A DNA stretch of 64,000 nucleotides, taken from contig OZ240241.1 in NCBI GenBank assembly GCA_965198115.1, forward strand, positions 6,496,001 to 6,560,000, written 5' to 3'. Shown here piece by piece: positions 33,283-43,254 of this stretch. A model generated the notes under the pieces. The model searched no databases. It was given only the letters and a program-made list of their open reading frames with translations, and was not told the origin of the DNA. A program made the translations under genes and the position numbers. How positions within the stretch are numbered: the stretch's first letter is position 1; each line of letters opens with the position of its first letter. Source of the stretch: Candidatus Latescibacterota bacterium (GTDB lineage Bacteria > Latescibacterota > UBA2968).

Positions 33283-33323
33283 ACGAAATATCGTTGTATG
33301 TCAAGAAAAGAACGAAATGTCGT
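33283..33323. promoter_or_regulatory. Putative upstream activator sites of the sigma54 activator
   Basis: Two ACGA-N4-TCGT palindromes (33283..33294 and 33312..33323), followed by an AT-rich, IHF-like tract at about 33355-33392. Confidence 0.65.
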
Positions 33324-33402
33324 TTATATGGCTGCCTTGTTGGATACCTAGAATGATGAATTACTAATTGTTAATTAATAATTTATAATCTACTGGAATG
33401 TT

Positions 33403-33417
33403 TGGCACATCGGTTGC
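33403..33417 (+). promoter_or_regulatory. Sigma54 -24/-12 promoter
   Basis: TGGCAC-ATCGG-TTGC matches the TGGCAC-N5-TTGC consensus, upstream of an AGGAGG RBS and ATG 33471. Confidence 0.88.
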
Positions 33418-33470
33418 GAAGTGGATGGTCGAGAACGAGTCACTAAACCACTCACAGAAGGAGGCAACAG

Positions 33471-34216
33471 ATGTTCAAGCGTCATTCCATCCTCGCCACG
33501 GCCTCTCTGGCCGTCCTTGCAACATCCGTTCTGGCTCAGCTGCCCGACCCGGGCGTGACGGTCGAGCCAGGCAAAACGGCCCTGGTCATCACCGACCCGC
33601 AGAACGACTTCCTGAGTCCCGATGGCGTGACGTGGGGTGTCGTGGGCGAGAGCGTGACGGAGAACGGAACCGTCACCAACATCGAGTCTCTGCTGAAGAC
33701 GGCCAAGGCCAACGACCTTCCGGTTTTCGTCTCGCCACATTACTACTACCCAACCGATCACGGATGGCAATTCGAAGGCGCCCTGGAGAAGCTGATGCAC
33801 ACGATCGGGATGTTCGATCGGAAAGATGCACTGAGTGTGGATGGATTCGAAGGTTCGGGAGCAGACTGGCTCGCGCGTTACAAACCCTATTTGCAGGATG
33901 GAAAGACGGTTGTGACGAGCCCGCATAAGGTCTACGGGCCGGAGACGAATGACCTGGTGCTTCAGCTGAGAAAACGCGGGATCGACAAGGTGATCCTTGC
34001 GGGTATGTCGGCGAATCTCTGCACGGAATCGCACCTTCGCGAGCTGTTGGAGCAGGGATTCGAGGTGGCTGTCGTGAAGGACGCAACGGCTGCGGCGAAG
34101 GTTCCGGAAGGGGACGGCTACCAGGCTGCGCTGGTCAATTTCCGGTATCTAGCGACGCGGTGTGGACGACGAACGAAGCGGTCGGTAAGATCGAGCAGGC
34201 GCTGGCGTCGAACTGA
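33471..34216 (+). CDS. Isochorismatase-family cysteine hydrolase with signal peptide (frameshift near 34153)
   Basis: Signal-like N-terminus (...VLA|Q); DPQNDF, HK, SANLC triad residues. The natural C-terminus DAVWTT...ASN* is in the shifted frame, ending at 34216. Confidence 0.85.
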
Positions 34217-34242
34217 GACGGTTCAAAGCGGTCCACAGAAAG

Positions 34243-34281
34243 AAGCGCCGATTCGGGAGGTTCCGGGTCGGTGCTTTTTCT
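34243..34281 (+). terminator. Intrinsic terminator
   Basis: AAGCGCCGATTCGGGA...TCCGGGTCGGTGCTT hairpin followed by a T-run, between convergent genes. Confidence 0.75.
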
Positions 34282-34290
34282 TGCCGACAA

Positions 34291-34776
34291 TCACGTGTCG
34301 AGTTCGATCTGCTCGATATCGAAGCCGTCTTTGGTGACGGTGAGAAAGGCCAGCGAAACGGGAAGGCTGAAGCGGCGTGGGCCGCAACTACCCGGGTTGA
34401 GGTAAGTGACTCCGTTCTCTTCGTTCAGTGCGGGCTGGTGAGAGTGGCCGGAGATGACGAGATCGACGTCGGCCGCTGCGGGGTCGATGTCCAGTTCCTG
34501 GAGGATGTGGTAAAGATAGATCGTTCGCTTTCCGATCTCGACGTGCTCGTTCATCGGAAGCGTGGCGCCGAAGTCCCCTCGATCGACGTTGCCGCGGACG
34601 GCGACGGTCGGAGCGATGGCGTTGAGGCCGCGGAGAACGTCGACGTGCCCGACGTCACCGGCGTGGAGGATGACGGGTACGCCGCGCAGCGACTCTTCGA
34701 CCTCGGGACGCAAGAGGCCGTGGGTGTCGGAGATGACTCCGATTCTGGTGCCGATTCTGAGTCTGAACGATGCCAT
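34291..34776 (-). CDS. YfcE/MJ0936-type metallophosphoesterase
   Basis: ISDTH, HAGD, RGNVD, GHSH, NPGS. Confidence 0.92.
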   Translation of the reverse strand: MASFRLRIGTRIGVISDTHGLLRPEVEESLRGVPVILHAGDVGHVDVLRGLNAIAPTVAVRGNVDRGDFGATLPMNEHVEIGKRTIYLYHILQELDIDPAAADVDLVISGHSHQPALNEENGVTYLNPGSCGPRRFSLPVSLAFLTVTKDGFDIEQIELDT

Positions 34777-34872
34777 GAGCCCGAAAAGATGACCACGAAT
34801 CACACGAAACACACGAAAAAAGACGTGGCCTGACTATTCACGAATCTGGAGAACGCACGTTCTGGGACGTGA

Positions 34873-35637
34873 CTACATTCTGGCTCTGAGCAGAGGGCGG
34901 GCGAAGGAGACCTCCAGATGTCTGCCCTCCTTGCCGATCGTGCCGGGGGTCATGAAATGAATGGCGAAGGCGCGCCGCTGGCGATCCGTTCTGTTTGGTG
35001 GTGTGTAGTGAAGGGTCTGGCAATGGTGAAGCATGACGCCCCCAGCCGGCAGATCCACAACGACGGCCCCGTCGGCGTTCACGCGATCGCTGGAGTCGAG
35101 GAGGGCATTGGAGCTGTCTGACTGGTGGTGCTCGATGGGGTTGAGGTGCGACCCGGGAATGACGTGCATGGCTCCGTTTTCGCGATTCACGTCGTCGAGG
35201 GTGAGCCAGCAGCTGACGAGGTTGGCCGGCACGCAACGCCAGTAGGCGTTGTCCTGGTGCCAGAAGACGACGTCTCCCTGGTGCGCGGGTTTGTAGAGTG
35301 CCTGATCGTGGAAGAGCTGAATGTTCGGACCGATCAGGTCCTGGATCAGGTCCAGGATTCGATCGTCGTAGAGCAGCCGGCGGTAGAGCACGCTGCGTTC
35401 GCACATCTGGGTGATCTGTAGCATCTGCCCTTCCGCCTCGGCCTTTTCCTGGACGCTCTCGGTGTTGTCGATCGCCAGGTTACGGTAGTGACCCGTCTGT
35501 CGGGCTTCGGCAAAAAGGCGGTCGTATTCGGCACGCAGAATCCCTACGAGCTCATCATCCAACAGTTTCCCGATCGGGAGGTATCCGTCCGTGTGGAAGC
35601 TGGCAACCTGGTCGGGCGTCAGGTGTCGCCCCGCCAT
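34873..35637 (-). CDS. PhyH family dioxygenase
   Basis: FHTDGY, WHQD, NGAMHVIPGSH, TLHYT..N. The start is at MAGRHLT; the longer ORF extension overlaps the GDPD gene. Confidence 0.92.
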   Translation of the reverse strand: MAGRHLTPDQVASFHTDGYLPIGKLLDDELVGILRAEYDRLFAEARQTGHYRNLAIDNTESVQEKAEAEGQMLQITQMCERSVLYRRLLYDDRILDLIQDLIGPNIQLFHDQALYKPAHQGDVVFWHQDNAYWRCVPANLVSCWLTLDDVNRENGAMHVIPGSHLNPIEHHQSDSSNALLDSSDRVNADGAVVVDLPAGGVMLHHCQTLHYTPPNRTDRQRRAFAIHFMTPGTIGKEGRHLEVSFARPLLRARM

Positions 35638-35648
35638 GGGCTCCACGA

Positions 35649-36485
35649 TCAATTCCCCCTGAGGACGTTGAACATGCGGTCGGGAAAGTCGGTGATGATC
35701 CCGTCGACACCCATCCGAGCGAGTTGGAGGATCTCTTCCGGATCGTTGATCGTCCAGACGTGAACTTCGATTCCGCGACGGTGGGCTGCCCGTAGGAAGC
35801 CTGGCGTGACGATCCTGAACGGTCCGAATCGAAGCGGCACCTGAAAGGCGTGGACACGTGGTCCCAGAATACGACCCAGACCCAATCTCGAGTAGAGAGA
35901 AAACTTTAGGATTTCCCGAGCGTGTGCGGCTGTTCTGACGTTCGGACAGCGCTCGCGGAAGCGGTTGATGATTTTCGTGTGAAAAGAGGCCACGATGACT
36001 CGGTTTTCGGCGTCGTGGGACGCCAGAACCTCGCACAGATCGTCGATGATTTCTGGACGATCGTCCTTGATGTCGATGTTGACGGTCACGTCCGGCAGTG
36101 CCTCGAGGGTCTCGGAGAGTGTGGGGATGGTGACTCCCTTTCCGCGGTGCGGATAGGTTCCCTCCCGCGCCCAGCGGAAACCGGCGTCCAACGCCTTGAG
36201 TTCCTCCAGATCGAGCTCTTCGATCCGTCCGGTGCCGTCTGTGGTTCGATCGACCCTCCCGTCGTGAGAGATGACGATCGCTCCGTCTCTGGCCTGCCAG
36301 ATGTCGGTTTCGATGACATCGGCCCCGGCAGCGACAGCATGCTCGAAGGCCAGCATCGTGTTCTCCGGCCAATGGCCCAGTCCACCACGGTGGGCCATGA
36401 TCAGGACGCGATCGTGCCGAGCGTGTGTATCCGGTGCCGTTGTCACGAGGATTGCGAGGCAGAGGGCGACAGGTGGGATCTGCAT
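35649..36485 (-). CDS. Glycerophosphodiester phosphodiesterase
   Basis: AHRGG, PENT, ETD, HD..VDRTTDG, WTIND, GIITDFP; probable signal peptide. Confidence 0.93.
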   Translation of the reverse strand: MQIPPVALCLAILVTTAPDTHARHDRVLIMAHRGGLGHWPENTMLAFEHAVAAGADVIETDIWQARDGAIVISHDGRVDRTTDGTGRIEELDLEELKALDAGFRWAREGTYPHRGKGVTIPTLSETLEALPDVTVNIDIKDDRPEIIDDLCEVLASHDAENRVIVASFHTKIINRFRERCPNVRTAAHAREILKFSLYSRLGLGRILGPRVHAFQVPLRFGPFRIVTPGFLRAAHRRGIEVHVWTINDPEEILQLARMGVDGIITDFPDRMFNVLRGN

Positions 36486-36689
36486 GGCATTCTGGAAGCT
36501 ACGGTCGGGCCTCCTGGGCCGCAAGGGGCCGGGGGAAGGATAAATTGCGAAGTACTTTTGATGGGAGACATTGACCGGTGATCACTGACCAGTGACCAAA
36601 GTCGGCAGTGTGGCCGTAGTGACCGCTCACCTCATTGGTAGATTGACTCGGGTCACGGCCAACGACCGTTGAGCCTCACCTGTTTCCTT

Positions 36690-39105
36690 CTATTCGTGCC
36701 TCAATGCATTGACCGGATCCGTCCGAGCGGCGGCAACTGCCTGATAGGTGATGGTGAGGAAGGCGATGAGAAGCCCGAGCAAGGCGGAAGCCACGAAGAC
36801 GTCGGGGGAGATGGGGGTTCGGTAGGCGAAGTTTTCGAGATGCCGTTGGACGAGCCAGTAGGATGCGGGCCAGGCGATCAGGCATCCGTAGCCGACGAGT
36901 TTGAGAAAGTCGAGGGAGACGAGGAACCAGACACCACGGGTCGTCGCGCCGAGGACTTTGCGTACACCGATTTCGCGAACCCGCTGATTGACGGTGTAAG
37001 AAGCCAGTCCGAAGAGGCCGAGGCTTCCGAGGATGACGGCGAGAATCGCGAATGACGTGACGATTTGCCCGAACCGACGATCACTCTCGTAGGCCTCTGC
37101 GAGTCGGTCGTCGAGAAACCACACTTCGGGCGGTTGATCCGCACGCATGAGTGACTTCCACTTGTCCTCGATGAAGGCGACGGTCTCGGGGACGTTCCTT
37201 CCGTTGATTCTCAGTCCCAGATAGTCGTAGAACCACGGTCTGTAGCCCATCACAGCCGGGCCGATCGGTGCGTGGAGCGACGCATAGTTGAAGTCCGCGA
37301 TTACTCCGACGACCTCCCCCTTTGCGTCTTCTTCAGATCGCGCCCTACCGAATCGTCGTCCTACGGCGTTATCCACCGTCCAGCCCAACGCTTTCACCGC
37401 ACTTTCGTTAATGATCCAACCGTGCGTGCGATCGCGCTCGTTCTCGGGAGAGAAGGTGCGGCCCGCCAGAAGTTCGATGCCGAACGCCTCGAAGAAAGAC
37501 TCGTCGCATTCCTGAACGGGCATCCGCCACTCCGTGCCCTCGTGGCCTTCGGGTTTGACGAGGCGCGAGAAGAATCGGTCGCGCCCGGGCATGAACCGGA
37601 AGGCGGTGGTCGCCACGATGTCGGAATGCCGTTGAAATTCGTCTTTGATGACGTTGTATCGCATGACGAGCCAAGGCTCCTCGGTGGTCTTGCTGTCGCG
37701 GTCTCGTCTAAAAATGGGGAGAACGATGACGTGTTCTTTATCGAACCCCAGTTTCGCCCGGCTGAGATAATCGAGTTGCCGGTTGGTCATTCCCACTGTG
37801 ATGAGGAGGGCAATGGTTATGCCGAATTGGAAGACGACCAATCCTCTGCGGAGACGCGCAGTCGATGGACTGGCGGGACTTTGTGCGTTGAGAACGGTGA
37901 TCGGCTGGTAACTCGATAAGGCGAACGCCGGATACAGCCCGGCAAGCAAGCCGGACAGGATGGTGATCGCCGTCAGCCCTGGTAGGATCTCGGCGAACGT
38001 CTCGGCATTGAGCGAGAAATGAGTGTAGGCCAGGAGGTTGAAGTGCGGCAACGCGAGTTGTACGAGAACCATGGCGAGTAGAGCGGAGAGCGCGGCCGTG
38101 AATACTGATTCGGCGAGGAACTGACGAATCAGGTGTAGTCGTTCGGCTCCGACGGTCTTGCGCAGGCCGACCTCTCGTGCGCGAGTGACGGCTCTGGCGG
38201 TCGCGAGGTTCGTGTAGTTGATACCGGCGATGAGGAGGATAAAGATTGCCACGGCGGCGAAGAGATAGACGGTACGAATGTCGCCCGCGCTAGGCAGATC
38301 GAAGTCGAGATTGGAGTAGAGGTGCCAGTCGAGGAGCGGTTGAAAGCGCAGTGTAAGCACTTTGCGAACCTCGGGACCCATCTGACGCTCGATGAAGTCA
38401 GGCAGCTTCCGCTCGAGCGCGTTTGGGTCAGCGCCTTCACGAAGCAACACAAAGGTCTGAATGCCGGCCTGCTGTACACGCGGTTGCCAGCCTACCCAGT
38501 CATCCCTGCCCTGGAAGAAGCTTGGCTGCGTCTTGTTGCAACAGCTCGAACTGAATGGACGATGTTTCGGGCGGGTCTTCGAGCAGTGCGGCTACGAAGT
38601 AGTCCCCCCCATAGTAACGTTCCTCGATGTTGACCGTTTTCCCAATTGGGTCCTGGTCGGGGAACAGAAGGTCTGCGAGGCTGCGTGTGATGGCCGCGTT
38701 GTAGGGTGTATCGAGTGTGGCCTCATCACCGCGGATGAAGGAAAAGTCGAAGATGTCGAAAAAGTGGTCGTCTACGTGGCCCTGGGTATGACCGGGAAAG
38801 GGCTGTTCGTCGACTCGCAGCATGACGTGATACAGGCGGGACTTGGTGGCAGCTTCGACTTCAGGAAAGTCAGACTCCATCGATCGAGCGAGGGCGCCCG
38901 ATGTGGGTCATTGGACCCTCCGCCCTTCGCCGCTGGCTCGCTCTCGGAGGACCCTGAGAATGCGATCGGCTTTGTCGTGCATCCGGTCATAGGCGAACTC
39001 GTGTTGAATGACGAGCAGGGCGAGAATCCCGCAGGCAATGCCGACGGCGAGTCCGACCAGGTTGATGAGGGTATAGAGCTTGTGTTTGGTGAGCTGGCGT
39101 AACAT
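36690..39105 (-). pseudogene. ABC transporter permease (paralog 5; two frameshifts, near 38905 and near 38520)
   Basis: Three consecutive ORF pieces (38908..39105, 38500..38880, 36690..38450) reconstruct the family motifs. The N-terminus is slightly shorter than in the paralogs. Confidence 0.8.
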
Positions 39106-39134
39106 TTCGGGTAAACCTGGAACGAGAACCGGTG

Positions 39135-40552
39135 CTACTCCTTTTTCCGGAGGTCTATGGCGAGGAGCTCCTTGCCGTTTTTGCGAGGCTGCACCACCTT
39201 GACTTGTTCAAATCCTGCCGCATCGAATTCCTTAACTACGCTTCATCTTCGTGAGAGATTGGTCGGATGCTCCTTGTCGAGGTGGTTTTCGCAAGTAGAT
39301 GTGGCCGCCTGCGAACGCGGGGTGCGACCAGGTGACGCCGCCGCGTCGGTTGAGCTGGTCGCGCGTCGGTTCGATGACGTTGGCGCGGGACAGGACTTCG
39401 AATCCGTGCGGGTCCAGGGTGGTCAGGAGGAGTTCGCCTTCTTCGTTCAGAATCCAGACGCGGTCCCCCTGCGGTGTCAGGTGAGCGGTGCTCCACCTCG
39501 CCTTCCGGACGGCCGTGCTGTCGGCCCAGACGCGATCGCCCGTGTCGGCGCGGAGACATCGGAGCATTCCGTAGCTGTCGATCCCGTAGATGTGATCGCC
39601 GAGCCAGAGGGGAGTCGATATGGTGGAGTGAATGCCGTCGGTATTGTGCTCGTTCTGGCCGATGCGATGCCAGACCTTCGAGACGGCGAGACGATCGGTG
39701 GCGAGTTCCAGGAACAGAGCTCCGTCGAAGAAACTGGTGACGAGCACTCGGTTGTGTTTGACGACGGGGGTCGCGACACCGATGACCATCTCTTTTGGGG
39801 GGAAGGGATGTCGCCAGTACACGGTGCCCGTGACGGGATCGAGCCCGGCCACGCTGTCACCGGTCCAGACGATGAGGACAGGATGACCCGCCTGTTGGGT
39901 GACGACGGGAGCAGCGTAGGACGCCTTGTCGGAGAGCGCCCGCCACCTTTCCTCCCCGGACATCCGGTCGAGAGCGATGACGCAGGCGTCGGGTGTTCCC
40001 CCGATTTGTAGAATAACGAGGTCGTTGTGAATGAGCGGGGCGGCGGCGATGCCCCAGATCGGCAGATCGATCGCGTAGGCTTCGAAGAGGTCGTGCGACC
40101 AGAGGACGTTGCTCTGATCGGCTGTCGAGGCAATGGACGTGTCCCATTGCACCGAGGGTATACGCCAGACCCTCGTGAACCGTGACAGAGGCGCGAGGGC
40201 CGGCTCCGTAGCCGACGTTGCGGTAGGTCGCGTCGTAAGTATGTAACCAGAGTGGGGAGCCGGTTTTCTGGTCGAAACAAAGAATGCGCTCGATCTGGCG
40301 GGGGGCAGTGAGGCGGTCCATCACGTAAACCCGTCCGTTTGCGACGGTGGGACCTGTGTAGCCGGTCGCGATCGGGACACGCCAGACCGGCGCCAGTTCG
40401 TTCACGCCGAACCGATCGATGATCCCTGTTTCGGACCATACGCCGTCGCGATCGGGCCCGCGCCATTGAGGCCAGTCGGCGCCCTGTGCTTCGAGTGTTA
40501 GAAGGATGAGGAGCGGGAGGACCGTCTTCAGTGACCGTTGACGATTGACCAT
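39135..40552 (-). pseudogene. PQQ-like beta-propeller (BamB-like) protein, frameshifted and interrupted
   Basis: ADWPQWRGP, GPRASVTV, SYAAP, TWSHPAFA. Frameshift near 40112; the terminal NGKELLAIDLRKKE* is separated from HIYLR by an insertion. Confidence 0.82.
39181..39286. mobile_element. ~105-bp non-coding MITE-like insertion
   Basis: Removing it restores IYLR-NGKELL. Subterminal IR ACCACCTTGA / TCGAGGTGGT; lower GC than the host gene. Confidence 0.6.
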
Positions 40553-40575
40553 TGACCAGTGACCAAACTGTTTGG

Positions 40576-41229
40576 CTATTCTGCACGGAGTTCGCGCAGG
40601 ATGGTGATGATTTCGGATGGGTCGAGACGACGGGTGTAATCGGGATCGACGAAGGCGAGCCGGATCGTACCGGCCGTGTCGATGAGATACGTCGCGGGGA
40701 CGGGAAGGTCGAAGCTGTCGTCTCCGTTGACGAGCGGGAAATCGATGCCTAATTCCTTGTAGATGGACTGGATCTCGTCTTGGAGGTGGAATACGATGCC
40801 GAATTGTCGTGCGACGTCGTTCCCTTCGTCACTTAACAGATCGAAGGGAATGTTCTGCTCTTCCGCCATTTTGCACGTGCCTTCGAGTGACTGGGGCGAC
40901 AGGGCCAGAACCGTGGCGCCGAGGTCTTCGACGGTCGAAACCGTCTCCCGCAGGGCCTTCATTTCGAGCGTGCAGAACGGGCACCAGGACCCACGATAGA
41001 AACTGAGGACCACGGGTCCTTGGGCGATACGATCGGACAACCGGACGTGCTGGCCTCGGCAGCTGGGAAGGTTGAAGTCGGGTGCACGATCCCCAACCTC
41101 CAGGGCCCGATCGGAAACGCCGGATCGAGAGAGATTGGTGATGGACCGCTCGAAAGCGTCCACGACGCGCGACGGCTGATCGGACCGGGCTTTTTCTGTT
41201 AGGTTGCGAAGGTCTTCGGTTAGATTCAC
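40576..41229 (-). CDS. Peroxiredoxin-like (AhpC/TSA) redoxin
   Basis: GDRAPDF, FYRGSWCPFC, LLSD.GN, LPVPATY, DYTRRLDP. Confidence 0.92.
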   Translation of the reverse strand: MNLTEDLRNLTEKARSDQPSRVVDAFERSITNLSRSGVSDRALEVGDRAPDFNLPSCRGQHVRLSDRIAQGPVVLSFYRGSWCPFCTLEMKALRETVSTVEDLGATVLALSPQSLEGTCKMAEEQNIPFDLLSDEGNDVARQFGIVFHLQDEIQSIYKELGIDFPLVNGDDSFDLPVPATYLIDTAGTIRLAFVDPDYTRRLDPSEIITILRELRAE

Positions 41230-41259
41230 AGGTCGCTGAGATGTGAAGCGGTTGGTTAG

Positions 41260-41275
41260 TTGACCGATCGGTCTA
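41260..41275. promoter_or_regulatory. TetR (NemR-like) operator 2
   Basis: TTGACCGATCGGTCTA palindrome resembling the NemR box TAGACC-N4-GGTCTA. Confidence 0.78.
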
Positions 41276-41277
41276 TT

Positions 41278-41889
41278 TTACGCCCCTGAATCCGAGCTGG
41301 ATTGGAGCATCCGGATGTATGTGTCACCAAGGTCTCTGATGAGTTCGGGTTCCTGACGCGCTTTGGCCATCAGCAGGGTACCCTCGTAGAAAGCCCAGGT
41401 AGCGACCGCAGTTTCGCGCGGGTCGATGTTGGCAAGTTCGCCGTTACGGACAGCCTCGTGGAGGGTCGTCTGCAGATGATCGACAGCGTCGTCGAAGATT
41501 TCGCTGATTTTTCCGACGATGCGCTGGTTTCGGGCACCGAGTTCGAGCCCCGTGTTGCCGAAAGGACACCCCCAGACGCTGCCCTGCGCATCGGACGTCT
41601 GTTTGAAATAATAGTAGGCCATATGAAAAAACCGGCGTAGTCGATCGAGAGGGAGGAGGTCCCCACCGAGTGCGAGTCGCCAGTATTGCGAACGTGCATT
41701 CCGCCAGTGATGGTCGAGCACGTCGATGATCAGGTCGTCCTTGGAGGCGAAATAGTGGTAGAAACTGCCTTTTCGGACATCGGCTGCCTGGCAGATCTCC
41801 TGTACACCGACGTGTTCGAAGCCGCGCTCGTGGATCAGCTCCGATGCTGCGTGAACAATTCGGTCCTTGGCGTCGCTCGTTCTGCCCAT
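41278..41889 (-). CDS. TetR family regulator, NemR-like
   Basis: HTH with VRKGSFYHYFASKDDL; GCPFGN with the conserved Cys. Start at MGRTSDAK. Confidence 0.92.
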   Translation of the reverse strand: MGRTSDAKDRIVHAASELIHERGFEHVGVQEICQAADVRKGSFYHYFASKDDLIIDVLDHHWRNARSQYWRLALGGDLLPLDRLRRFFHMAYYYFKQTSDAQGSVWGCPFGNTGLELGARNQRIVGKISEIFDDAVDHLQTTLHEAVRNGELANIDPRETAVATWAFYEGTLLMAKARQEPELIRDLGDTYIRMLQSSSDSGA

Positions 41890-41910
41890 TGGGGTCCGAC
41901 CCAGCGATAA

Positions 41911-41926
41911 TTGACTGATCGGTCTA
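41911..41926. promoter_or_regulatory. TetR (NemR-like) operator 1
   Basis: TTGACTGATCGGTCTA, about 20 bp upstream of the TetR start. Confidence 0.78.
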
Positions 41927-41977
41927 AGTGTAGGGTTCCCGGGATGGTTACGCAAGAGAGAAACCCACGAATATCGC

Positions 41978-43138
41978 TCAACCGGAGGCATCCTCGTAGA
42001 GCCGCTCGAGATCGACGACGAGTCGATCGATGCCGAAACGCCTGTTAGCTCGCTTTCTCTGGTCGCTGGAGACCGTCCGCTTCTCGTTCAACGCAAGGAT
42101 CGCAGCGTCGGCGAGGGCCTCGGGACGACCGGGAGGAACGGTCAGACCGATCTTCTCGGTGTCGACGAGATCGGTCACGCCACCGACATTTGTAGCCACG
42201 ATGTAACACCCCGTGGCGACCGCCTCGATCAGGGAAACCGGCATTCCCTCGTTGTAGGAGGACAGAAGGGTCAGATCGAGCGCGCCGTAGATACGGGCGA
42301 CGTCGGATCGAAAGCCTGTGAAAGTCACGCAGTCCTTGAGTCCGAGACGATCGGTCAAGTTTTCTAGCTCGGCGCGGCAATCGCCGTCCCCGACGACGAC
42401 GAACCGGGATTCGGGACACGCCTCCCAGATCAACCGGGCAGCCCGCAAGAAGATCTCCACGGCCTTGATCGGAGCCAGACGTCCGACGATACCGACGAGC
42501 GGCGCCGACGGTGAGAAGCCCAGTTCGCGTCGAAAACCGTCGTCTGTCCTGGTCGTGCCCAGGAACGGATCGAGATCGAGCCCCAGGGGAATGGAACGAA
42601 CACGCCCGGGTGGGGCGATGCGATAGGCCAGGAGATCCGCGCGCTGGCTGTGGCTGACGGCCATAATGACGTCGGTCGAGTGAGCCAGTATCCGTTCGAG
42701 AAAGACGATGACCGCGCTTTTCCAGCTGGAAAAGTAGCCGTGGAAGACGTGGCCGTGGTAGGTGTGGATGACGACGGGGACGCCGGACAACCTTGCTGCC
42801 AGACGTCCAAGCACGCCTGCCTTCGACTTATGGGTGTGGATGACGTGGGGGCGTACGGCTCTAAGCAGTCTATGAAGCGCGATGAATGCTTTTAGATCGT
42901 GGCGGGGAGAGACAGCACGACCCAGACCGGGGATTTCGATGGGACAGACACCCGATCTGTCGATGGTTTCAGTCATTTCGGCTTCGCCAAGAGCGACCTG
43001 TCCTTTGGCTACACGCACGTCGTGTCCCAGCTCGTTGAGTCGAGCGGTAGCGAGCAGGACGAACGGGGTCGCGCCCCCGACGTTCAAGCGGTCGATGACG
43101 TGGATTAGTCTCAGTTGGCGTGATTCGCTCGTGGCCAC
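41978..43138 (-). CDS. GT4 family glycosyltransferase
   Basis: LNVGG, HTHKSKAG, VGRLAPIK, SYNEGMPVSLIEA (EX7E). Confidence 0.93.
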   Translation of the reverse strand: MATSESRQLRLIHVIDRLNVGGATPFVLLATARLNELGHDVRVAKGQVALGEAEMTETIDRSGVCPIEIPGLGRAVSPRHDLKAFIALHRLLRAVRPHVIHTHKSKAGVLGRLAARLSGVPVVIHTYHGHVFHGYFSSWKSAVIVFLERILAHSTDVIMAVSHSQRADLLAYRIAPPGRVRSIPLGLDLDPFLGTTRTDDGFRRELGFSPSAPLVGIVGRLAPIKAVEIFLRAARLIWEACPESRFVVVGDGDCRAELENLTDRLGLKDCVTFTGFRSDVARIYGALDLTLLSSYNEGMPVSLIEAVATGCYIVATNVGGVTDLVDTEKIGLTVPPGRPEALADAAILALNEKRTVSSDQRKRANRRFGIDRLVVDLERLYEDASG

Positions 43139-43254
43139 GAGGATTCTCGCAGGACGTTACCCTGCTGAGCGTGAAGGGAGAAGACCGTTTTCAATGGCTC
43201 AGAATAGGGGCTGAACCGGCAGGAAGGCAAACTTCGTCGACCGTAACGTGCGTG

